From IMG/VR virus record IMGVR_UViG_2585428088_000002, positions 395 to 64,394 of that record: a DNA stretch of 64,000 bases, one strand, 5' to 3'. The position numbers and the translations under genes were made by a program. The notes beneath the pieces are model-generated. The model was not told where the DNA came from, ran no database searches, and was given only the letters and a program-made list of their open reading frames with translations. This document shows, piece after piece, positions 56,479 to 64,000 of the stretch. Each line of letters starts with the position of its first letter. Within the stretch, counting starts at the first letter, position 1. Source of the DNA: a virus.

Positions 56479-57780
56479 ATGGCAGCAATAGTTGAAAATG
56501 ACCTTAGACAACGTTGCCGTGTCAGCACTAACCTGGAAGGAGATACTTTTGTAGGCATAAAATCGGAAGGAGATGGAATTTCAGTTTGCTTTCCTTTGGG
56601 ATACAGATTGCCTAACGATGATAAAGAGCTCCGCCAGGATGTGGTTAAACTGATCATGGTGCTTTCTAAGTATGCAAACCGAAAGGATCAGCGCCTTCCG
56701 GTCAATCAAATGAAAAGACCAGAAACAGTAGATTTTCCGATCCAAGCGTATATGTCTATTATTAGTGACTATATGGGAAATGGATATTTTACAGAAAACG
56801 AAGTGCGTTACAAAGAAAATCGTCGGGGGAAAATTAGCTGGACAAGAACAATAAAGCATCAGAAGGCCTTGCCACAAGGTAATTCTTTTGTATATTTAGA
56901 CTACATTGTAAAAGATACTGTCTCTAATGATGAGAGCCTTATCTCTTTAGTTCATGAGTACTGTGTATATGAGAGTTTCCAAAAATTGGGATGGCTATAT
57001 ACCGCTACAATGCCAAAAGAGCCGCGCTTACGCAGGTTTGATAAACCAATGTTTTCCACGATTGTGTTCGATAAATTAGGACAAACCTTCAACGACAAGC
57101 ATAAGGAACTGTTTAACAGCATGCTTGCTATGATAAATTACCTTGGAGATAAAGACGTTCCACAACAGTTTTATTTTGGTACCGAGCGTTTTGAGTATGT
57201 TTGGGAGAAGTTAATTGACTTTACTTTTGGTGTAAGTGACAAAGATAGGTATTTTCCCAGAACTACTTGGCATTTGCGTGACGGAGGACAGAAAGATAAT
57301 AAGGCTTTGGAACCGGACACCATAATGCTTTCTGGAAAGAAAATTTACGTGCTAGATGCCAAGTATTATAAATACGGTGTAACTGGAGTACCTGCTCACC
57401 TACCAGAGTCGACATCTATCAATAAGCAAATTACATACGGCGAATATATTGCAACCGAGTTTGGCGAAGATATAACCGTATATAACGCTTTCCTAATGCC
57501 GTTTGATAGAACCAAAGAGCGTTTCGTGACTGCGTTACATATGAAAAACATTGGTGAAGGCACTGCGGACTGGAAAAGAAGCGGTAAGGAATATGAACGG
57601 GTTCAAGGTATCCTCATTGATGTCCGAACCCTTATGCACAATGTTGTGAGAAAAAATCACAATGAAATTATTCTTCTTTGTGAAGAAATCGAGCGAGCTT
57701 TTAAAGAAAAGACTACAACTACAGCTGCGTTCCCAATAGCCCCTGAAAACGAAGGAATAGAAATATTAGTGAATATATAA
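56479..57780 (+). CDS. LlaJI-family (McrC-like) restriction endonuclease subunit
   Basis: FE.VWE.LID..FG, LEPDTI, VLDAKYY, SI.KQITYGEYI. Confidence 0.88.
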   Translation: MAAIVENDLRQRCRVSTNLEGDTFVGIKSEGDGISVCFPLGYRLPNDDKELRQDVVKLIMVLSKYANRKDQRLPVNQMKRPETVDFPIQAYMSIISDYMGNGYFTENEVRYKENRRGKISWTRTIKHQKALPQGNSFVYLDYIVKDTVSNDESLISLVHEYCVYESFQKLGWLYTATMPKEPRLRRFDKPMFSTIVFDKLGQTFNDKHKELFNSMLAMINYLGDKDVPQQFYFGTERFEYVWEKLIDFTFGVSDKDRYFPRTTWHLRDGGQKDNKALEPDTIMLSGKKIYVLDAKYYKYGVTGVPAHLPESTSINKQITYGEYIATEFGEDITVYNAFLMPFDRTKERFVTALHMKNIGEGTADWKRSGKEYERVQGILIDVRTLMHNVVRKNHNEIILLCEEIERAFKEKTTTTAAFPIAPENEGIEILVNI

Positions 57781-57820
57781 AAATGGCAAGAGTCAGCATA
57801 CCGCGGCTCTTGCCATTTTT
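57779..57820. terminator. Bidirectional terminator between convergent genes
   Basis: AAAATGGCAAGAG...CTCTTGCCATTTT. Confidence 0.7.
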
Positions 57821-59042
57821 ATTGTTGTGATTGTTTTTTCTGCCTATGTCGTCTTTGTGACGCCGCATTACGGCAACTGTCATCACAATATCTTTTCTTA
57901 CTATTTGTAGTACTTATCCTAAAAAAACCTCCGCAAGTAGGATTCCCACATTGTCTGTAAATTACCATATTGGAATCCATATAAAAGAGCGAGAAGTAAA
58001 GTCCAGCTATATAATCAGGTATATACCATGAAGCAGACATTCTGTCGGTATCATAATCCGGGGTTATTGCACTAATAGCATGGTCGATTTCTGTTTTTAA
58101 GGTTGTTTTAGCAATGTCAATAAGGGCTGTTTTCATTGAAGCATCAAAGAATTTTTTATACCTTTCGGTGACATCTGATTTTGAAAACTTTAGTAACCCA
58201 CATGGACCAATATTACAAATCGGGGATATATCACTTTGAAAATGAAAGAAAAATTCCACCACTTGGCGCTCGCGTGGCGGTAAACCGAGCGCATTTTTGA
58301 ATAAATGCCGTATTTCATGAAACGCAATGTCGTTGGAATGCAAAGGATTACCAAAAGGATCTGTATCGTTAAAACCTGGGTAATACTCTGTAAAATACAG
58401 CTTATAATCGTTGCCTTTTATACCATCTGGTATAAGAAAGTACTGATCAGTCGCATCAACTTCTTTAGAAGGGTAAATGGGCAAATCGTTGTCGGAAGAT
58501 AAATCTGTATTTTTTATGTACTGCCACATTTTGTGAGGGCAAGTATCGTAGCTCGCGTTATTTAAAGAAGTTATAGTTACTGGTTCAGTAAAAAGAAGAT
58601 AGCAAACTAAATATAGGATTGCCATATAATCTTTTTGTGGTTCTTGTATTTTTGTCATTAACTTAATTGTATACTGCATTCGCCGGATAATAGTAAAAAG
58701 ATCGTCACTTTTGTAGCTTTCATACATGGTAGATGAAATAGGGATAATGAACCCATATTTTTCAAAATAATTTATCAAACGGTCTAAATTCCCGTCTGGT
58801 AAAGAAAGCAATTCATCAAGAACAGCATCGTTTGTAACTGACCCTGCAGAATTTATACGAACCATACCACGTTGTGGTGTGTAAGCAAATCGTATAGGTT
58901 TTGAGGGGTCGCTTTTTATTCTCAGCCTTTTAAGTGGGCGACCATCATCAGTGTGGTTTATATCTATACGACAGTCGCTTTTGTAATTTGTAAAGGTAAA
59001 TAAGTTACCTGACATTGTTAAAAACTCAGTGTTTGATAACAT
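57819..59042 (-). CDS. CGNR zinc-finger domain protein
   Basis: C-terminal CGNPTC..FF......KRYC..SCRNAASQRRHR. Confidence 0.8.
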   Translation of the reverse strand: MLSNTEFLTMSGNLFTFTNYKSDCRIDINHTDDGRPLKRLRIKSDPSKPIRFAYTPQRGMVRINSAGSVTNDAVLDELLSLPDGNLDRLINYFEKYGFIIPISSTMYESYKSDDLFTIIRRMQYTIKLMTKIQEPQKDYMAILYLVCYLLFTEPVTITSLNNASYDTCPHKMWQYIKNTDLSSDNDLPIYPSKEVDATDQYFLIPDGIKGNDYKLYFTEYYPGFNDTDPFGNPLHSNDIAFHEIRHLFKNALGLPPRERQVVEFFFHFQSDISPICNIGPCGLLKFSKSDVTERYKKFFDASMKTALIDIAKTTLKTEIDHAISAITPDYDTDRMSASWYIPDYIAGLYFSLFYMDSNMVIYRQCGNPTCGGFFRISTTNSKKRYCDDSCRNAASQRRHRQKKQSQQ

Positions 59043-59291
59043 GGCGCCACCTCTAATAATTAGCTTATATAAGTAATTATATAAGTGTTTACAATAAATT
59101 GCAAATTTTTGTCAAGTAAAAAATATCCGGTTGCTAATTATTAAGAATAACAGTAATGGTTAGAGTGATTATTTTGAAATTATATATAAAAAGTAATAGA
59201 TTTTTTTGGAAATGTTCTTATTTTTTGCATCTAATTACAATAAAAGTAGGACAGGCAAGTTCCTAAAACTTGATAAAAGGAGGACAAGCTG

Positions 59292-59450
59292 ATGAAAGAC
59301 ATTAAGAATTGTGCTGGGAAACTAGTTTGCCGAGTAGATCCGAACACACAGCTAGTTGAGATTGTACACAAGGGAATTGTGACAACAGTCCGTTTTCTTC
59401 CGGAGAACCAAATAGAAGTAATCAGTAGCGAGTATAAGAAAACCGCCTGA
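59292..59450 (+). CDS. Small hypothetical protein (52 aa), not in ORF track
   Basis: AAGGAGG RBS; MKDIKNCAGKLVCRVDPNTQLVEIVHKGIVTTVRFLPENQIEVISSEYKKTA*. Confidence 0.6.
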   Translation: MKDIKNCAGKLVCRVDPNTQLVEIVHKGIVTTVRFLPENQIEVISSEYKKTA

Positions 59451-59476
59451 GATATAGTGCATCCACAGAGCTGCTG

Positions 59477-59527
59477 GACGGCCAGGATGAATACCCAGTT
59501 TTTAGGGTGTTCCCTGGTTGTTTTTTT
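59477..59527 (+). terminator. Long hairpin with T tract
   Basis: GACGGCCAGGATGAATACCC-loop-GGGTGTTCCCTGGTTGTTTTTTT (G-U rich pairing). Confidence 0.5.
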
Positions 59528-59535
59528 ATGGTTTC

Positions 59536-59577
59536 GCGAAAAAGTTTTTTTAAATAGGAAAAGAGCCTGCCTATTTA
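59536..59577 (+). repeat. 42-bp sequence identical to 6657-6698
   Basis: Direct comparison of the two early-region leaders. Confidence 0.85.
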
Positions 59578-59623
59578 GTTTTTATCCTTAAGTCACAGAG
59601 CAAAGGAAGGAGGTGAGAAAGCG

Positions 59624-59947
59624 ATGGGGCCAAACGAAAGACGCCAGGAAATCATGGAAACCCTCTGCCACAGACGGCAGGAAACAATGAATAATTTGGC
59701 GTTTGAGTTTGGCGTCAGTATCCGGACCATCCGGAACGATATTGACATCCTGTCGCTTTCTTATCCTCTGGAAACTGTGCGCGGTCGTTACGGCGGCGGT
59801 GTCCGAGTTATGGACGGGTTTTACATGAACCGCAAATACCTAAAGCCCGAACAAAGGGATTTGCTGGTGCGGCTAAGTACGAACCTGTCCGGCAAAGACC
59901 TCGCCGTAATGAACGGCATCCTGCAGGAGTTTGCTCTGAATCAATAA
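59624..59947 (+). CDS. Winged HTH protein (homolog of 6745-7068)
   Basis: MGPNERRQ.IMETLCHRRQETM; same length as element 1 copy. Confidence 0.8.
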   Translation: MGPNERRQEIMETLCHRRQETMNNLAFEFGVSIRTIRNDIDILSLSYPLETVRGRYGGGVRVMDGFYMNRKYLKPEQRDLLVRLSTNLSGKDLAVMNGILQEFALNQ

Positions 59948-59986
59948 CACGGGCTGTACGCCCGAATGCAGAAAGGATGCAATGAG

Positions 59987-60382
59987 ATGAAAAAAGTTTT
60001 TGTGTGCTCCCCATACCGAGGCAATATCGAGAAAAACACGAAAAGGGCTGTTTTTGCCGCCAGGGTCATTTGCAACTGCGGCTATATCCCTGTAGTGCCG
60101 CACCTCTATTTCACGCAATTCCTGAATGACGAGGACCAGTTTGAAAGAATCCGCGGCATCGAGTACGGCATTGAATTGATGAAGGAGTGCGACCAGCTGT
60201 GGCTGCTCGGTCCGGAAATCAGCAAAGGGATGGAATACGAACTTGAAATCGCCAAGGAAATCCGCATCCCAGTCATTCTGTACGATGAGGAACTTCGGCG
60301 GCTTAATCCGAAAACGCTGGTTCTTGACGAGCGTGTGGACGATCGGTTCCTCAGTATTATCAAGGGACTCAATTGTGAGTAG
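59987..60382 (+). CDS. DUF4406-like protein (homolog of 7110-7505)
   Basis: MKKVFVCSPYRG shared. Confidence 0.7.
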   Translation: MKKVFVCSPYRGNIEKNTKRAVFAARVICNCGYIPVVPHLYFTQFLNDEDQFERIRGIEYGIELMKECDQLWLLGPEISKGMEYELEIAKEIRIPVILYDEELRRLNPKTLVLDERVDDRFLSIIKGLNCE

Positions 60383-60398
60383 GAAAGGATGAACAGTT

Positions 60399-60695
60399 AT
60401 GAGCGAAGTGTATTTAACCCTGGCTGACGGGTTTGAAAAACTGGCGGCAGGTTACAGAGCCTTAGCCGTCCAAGGTGCCGGTGCTCAGCCTAAAGAGGAA
60501 GTTCCCGCAGCGGCTCCTGTGAAGGAAAGCAAGGATATCGGCATCGAGGCGGTCCGCGCTGTTCTCGCTGAGAAAAGCCGGGATGGCAAGACCCGCGAGG
60601 TCAAGGCCCTCCTTATGAAATACGATGTCGGCAAGCTTTCCGGCGTAAAGCCGGAGGACTACGCCGCCCTGCTGGCTGAAGCGGAGGTGCTTTGA
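60399..60695 (+). CDS. Conserved phage hypothetical (homolog of 7520-7813)
   Basis: YLTLADGFEKLAAGYR and VRAVLAEKS shared. Confidence 0.7.
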   Translation: MSEVYLTLADGFEKLAAGYRALAVQGAGAQPKEEVPAAAPVKESKDIGIEAVRAVLAEKSRDGKTREVKALLMKYDVGKLSGVKPEDYAALLAEAEVL

Positions 60696-61825
60696 TGGGC
60701 GGCAAGCACGCAAGATTTTCCCCGTCGGCGGCAGGCAGGCGTTTGAACTGTCCTCCCTCGCTGACGCTGGAAGAGCAATTCCTTGATGAGGAATCCGAGT
60801 ATGCGGCAGAAGGTTCCGCCGGCCATGCGCTGGCGGAGCACCTCATCAAAAAGCATCTGAAACAAAGAAGCAATCGTCCTACATCCGCCTATTATACGGA
60901 CGAGTTAATTGAAGCCGTGGACGAATACGTCTCCTTTGTCATCAGTGAAATTGAGGAAGCCAAGCGCATCTGCAATAATCCGGTGTTTTCCGTTGAACAG
61001 CGGGTGGACGCTTCGGACTATGTGGACGAATGCTTCGGCACAGCGGATATGGTTGTTGTTACCGATAAGGTGGCGCACATCATAGACCTCAAATTGGGCA
61101 AAGGAGTGCCGGTATATGCCGAAAGCAATCCGCAGCTTATGATTTACGGCCTTGGAATTCTCTGCATGGCCGAACTGCTCTACGATGTGGAAACCGTCCG
61201 CCTTACCATCTTTCAGCCCCGCCTCAACAATTCAAGCACCTGGGATATATCGCCAGATGCGCTTAAAACATGGGGCGAGGAAGTGTTAAAACCAAGGGGC
61301 GCCATGGCCCTAATGGGCGCCGGAGAGTTTAAGGCCGGCAGCTGGTGCCGCTTCTGCAAAGCAAGAAACCATTGCCGTGCCAGAGCCGAAGAGTTTCTGG
61401 CGCTGGCCAAGATGGAGTTTCGCCAGCCCGCTCTTCTGTCGGACGACGAAATCGCGGAGGTCTTGAAGGTATCTGACGAACTGGCCAGCTGGGCATCCGA
61501 CGTATATGCCTTTGCGCAAAACCAGGCCATTGTCCACGGCAAGGAATGGGACGGCTTCAAGCTTGTCGAGGGACGGAGCAACCGCAAGTACACAAGCGAG
61601 GACGAGGTGGCGGAAGCCGCTGCAGCCGCCGGATATACAGACATTTACAAGCGCTCCTTGGTGGCCATCACCGAGATGGAGCGGATCATGGGCAAGCAGG
61701 ACTTCAGCCGTATCCTTGGGCATCTGGTGTACAAGCCGCAAGGCAAAATCACTCTGGTGCCGGATTCCCACAAGAGAGAAGCCATCAATAAAACTACCGC
61801 CGCGGCGGAATTTCAGGAGGTTTAA
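60695..61825 (+). CDS. DUF2800 exonuclease (homolog of 7813-8946)
   Basis: HARFSPS, FGTAD, WCRFCKAR shared. Confidence 0.85.
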   Translation: MGGKHARFSPSAAGRRLNCPPSLTLEEQFLDEESEYAAEGSAGHALAEHLIKKHLKQRSNRPTSAYYTDELIEAVDEYVSFVISEIEEAKRICNNPVFSVEQRVDASDYVDECFGTADMVVVTDKVAHIIDLKLGKGVPVYAESNPQLMIYGLGILCMAELLYDVETVRLTIFQPRLNNSSTWDISPDALKTWGEEVLKPRGAMALMGAGEFKAGSWCRFCKARNHCRARAEEFLALAKMEFRQPALLSDDEIAEVLKVSDELASWASDVYAFAQNQAIVHGKEWDGFKLVEGRSNRKYTSEDEVAEAAAAAGYTDIYKRSLVAITEMERIMGKQDFSRILGHLVYKPQGKITLVPDSHKREAINKTTAAAEFQEV

Positions 61826-61827
61826 TC

Positions 61828-62373
61828 ATGAAAAATCAGTCTACCGCTACTAAGGTCATCGTACCCTGCCGTTTTTCCTACCTGCATTGCTGGGAGCCGG
61901 ATTCCGTCAACGGCGGAGATCCTAAATTCAGCGTTTCGGCCATCGTGCCGAAGAGCGACACCAAGACCGTGGAAGCCATCAAAGCCGCAATTGAACAGGC
62001 AAAAAAGGATTCTGTCTCCAAGTGGGGCGGCAAGATTCCCGGCAATCTCAAAACCCCGCTTCGCGACGGCGATATCGACCGCCCCGATGACGAAGCCTAC
62101 AAGGGCTGCTATTTTTTCAACGCCAACAGCCGGCAGGCTCCACAAGTGGTGGATGGCAAAGTACAGCCCGTTCTTGACCAGAGCGAGGTATACTCCGGCT
62201 GCTACGGCCGCATCAGCGTGACGTTTTACGGATACAACTCCAACGGCAACCGCGGTATCGCGGCAGGCCTTGGCAACATCCAGAAGCTGAAAGACGGAGA
62301 GCCGTTGGGCGGCGGTCGCCCCAAGGCGGCTGATGATTTCGACACGGTCGATGAGGAAGATTTTTTGGCCTAA
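61828..62373 (+). CDS. DUF2815 ssDNA-binding protein (homolog of 8943-9485)
   Basis: RFSYLHCWEP, PLRDGD, GLGNIQKLKDGE shared. Confidence 0.85.
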   Translation: MKNQSTATKVIVPCRFSYLHCWEPDSVNGGDPKFSVSAIVPKSDTKTVEAIKAAIEQAKKDSVSKWGGKIPGNLKTPLRDGDIDRPDDEAYKGCYFFNANSRQAPQVVDGKVQPVLDQSEVYSGCYGRISVTFYGYNSNGNRGIAAGLGNIQKLKDGEPLGGGRPKAADDFDTVDEEDFLA

Positions 62374-62427
62374 GAACTGTAAGGGCGGTGGGAAACCGCC
62401 GCCTTTTTACATAAAAGAGGTGACGCC

Positions 62428-64000
62428 ATGTTTTTATCATTGGATATTGAGACGTATTCAGATGTGGATTTAACCAAATGCGGCGTCTACGCCTATGCGG
62501 ACAGCCCGAATTTCACAATTTTGCTTCTTGCTTACGCATTCGGCGATGAGGAAACCCAAATAGTGGATTTGGCCTGCGGAGAACAGCTGCCGCGGGAAGT
62601 TCTGGATGCGCTCACCGATGAGAGCGTCATAAAGACAGCCTTCAATGCCATGTTTGAAAGGACTTGCCTTTCACGATATCTGGGAATACATCTTTCGCCT
62701 GCTTTCTGGCAATGCACGGCGGTGCAGGCGGCCATGCTGGCTCTGCCGCTGTCCCTGGAAGGGGTGGGCGAGGTTTTGAATATTGAGCGAAAAAAACTGA
62801 AAGAAGGCGGTGACTTGGTCCGGTATTTCTCGATTCCCTGTAAGCCTACCCAGACGAATGGTGGCAGGAAGAGAAATCTGCCGGAGCACGCGCCGGACAA
62901 ATGGGCACTATTCAAAAGCTATTGCGTCCGGGACGTGGACGCCGAGCGGGAGATAAGACAGAAACTGAGAAACTTCCCGATTCCCGACCTCGAGATGGAA
63001 CTGTACCGGCTCGATCAGGAAATCAACGACAGAGGCATTTTGGTTGACCGCGACCTGGTATCCTGCGCCGTGGAGTGCGATCTTCGGTATACGGAGTCAG
63101 CAACGGCGCAAGCGTATGAATTGACCGGGCTTAATAACCCCAATTCTGTTGCCCAGATCAAAAAATGGCTTTCCGGGCGCGGAGTTGAGGTGGAGAGCCT
63201 TGACAAGAAAGCGGTTAAAGGCCTTATGCCCGAAGTGGACGGCGAGGTACTGGAGGTTCTGAAGCTGCGGCTTCTGATGGCCAAGACCTCGGTTAAAAAA
63301 TATGAGGCCATCGAGCGTTCGGTATGTTCGGACGGCAGGGTTCACGGCCTGCTTCAGTTCTACGGGGCGAATCGCACCGGACGCTGGGCGGGAAGGCTCG
63401 TCCAGGTTCAGAACCTTCCACAGAATCATTTGCCGGACTTGGAACTGGCCAGAAATCTCATCAAGCAAAGCCGCTTTGAGGATGTGGAACTGCTCTTTGA
63501 CTCTACTCCCGGCGTATTGTCGGAATTGATTAGGACCGCCTTCGTGCCAAGGCTAGGCACCCGCTTTATCGTGGCAGACTTTTCCGCCATTGAAGCGCGA
63601 GTGCTAGCCTGGCTCTCCGGCGAGAAGTGGCGCCTTAATGTATTCAGCAGCCACGGCAAGATTTATGAAGCATCGGCATCCGCGATGTTCGGCGTTCCCA
63701 TTGAGGAGATCGGCAAAGGAAGCTCGCTTCGCCAGAAGGGCAAAATTGCGGAACTGGCTCTGGGCTATGGCGGTTCGGTCGGAGCATTGACCTCAATGGG
63801 CGCGCTGGATATGGGGCTGACAGAAGAAGAGTTGCCTTCTTTGGTTAATCAGTGGCGAAGAGCCAATCCGCACATCACAAAGTTCTGGTGGGATGTGGAT
63901 GCCGCCGCCATTGCGGCAGTCTGCGAAAAGAAGGAAACGGCGGTCGGCAGGGTGGGTTTTTCCTATAAGTCCGGCATCCTGTTCGTTACGCTGCCATCCG
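62428..64000 (+). CDS. Phage family A DNA polymerase, 3'-truncated by window edge (homolog of 9542-11476)
   Basis: ATG TTT TTA TCA TTG GAT ATT GAG ACG (MFLSLDIETYS); RTGRWAG, DFSAIEARV, RQKGKIAELALGYGG read from sequence. Confidence 0.88.
   Translation, partial: MFLSLDIETYSDVDLTKCGVYAYADSPNFTILLLAYAFGDEETQIVDLACGEQLPREVLDALTDESVIKTAFNAMFERTCLSRYLGIHLSPAFWQCTAVQAAMLALPLSLEGVGEVLNIERKKLKEGGDLVRYFSIPCKPTQTNGGRKRNLPEHAPDKWALFKSYCVRDVDAEREIRQKLRNFPIPDLEMELYRLDQEINDRGILVDRDLVSCAVECDLRYTESATAQAYELTGLNNPNSVAQIKKWLSGRGVEVESLDKKAVKGLMPEVDGEVLEVLKLRLLMAKTSVKKYEAIERSVCSDGRVHGLLQFYGANRTGRWAGRLVQVQNLPQNHLPDLELARNLIKQSRFEDVELLFDSTPGVLSELIRTAFVPRLGTRFIVADFSAIEARVLAWLSGEKWRLNVFSSHGKIYEASASAMFGVPIEEIGKGSSLRQKGKIAELALGYGGSVGALTSMGALDMGLTEEELPSLVNQWRRANPHITKFWWDVDAAAIAAVCEKKETAVGRVGFSYKSGILFVTLPS

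Larger units (their letters stand above)
50182..64000 (+). mobile_element. Prophage element 2, tandem sibling of element 1 (partial, runs off window)
   Basis: 59624-64000 repeats the gene order and protein sequences of 6745-11476 with many substitutions; preceded by its own defence cargo. Confidence 0.85.

Noticed and set aside
59536-64000. Assembly artefact or recent exact duplication of 6657-11100
   Set aside because: The copies differ by many synonymous and non-synonymous changes and small indels, so they are distinct related elements.

Overview
The window holds two related temperate siphovirus prophages in tandem, apparently integrated at the 3' end of an rlmD/rumA-type RNA methyltransferase gene that lies upstream of the window. 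The host is a Firmicute, probably a diderm Negativicute (inference). Element 1 (<1 to ~50181) is nearly complete. In order it carries: a BcnI/MvaI-like RM system, two HTH/IrrE-peptidase regulators, a PolA/SSB/exonuclease/primase-helicase/SNF2 replication module with an iteron-rich putative origin, a PemK toxin and a moron, HNH/cos, an amidoligase-GGCT insert, an HK97-type head, a long tail with an RcGTA-like tip, holin/amidase plus a candidate new spanin type, two serine recombinases, and Phd-HTH/GmrSD cargo. An orphan THVECVALIERE* coding remnant at 50182-50220 marks the probable att junction. Element 2 (~50182 to >64000) starts with different defence cargo (HARE-HTH/COG2958 nuclease, two adenine MTases plus an McrB/LlaJI-like nuclease) and a different regulator (CGNR zinc finger), then repeats the early/replication operon as a diverged copy. 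No rRNA, tRNA, CRISPR array or reverse transcriptase was seen. All family assignments come from motif recognition by eye; no database searches were run.
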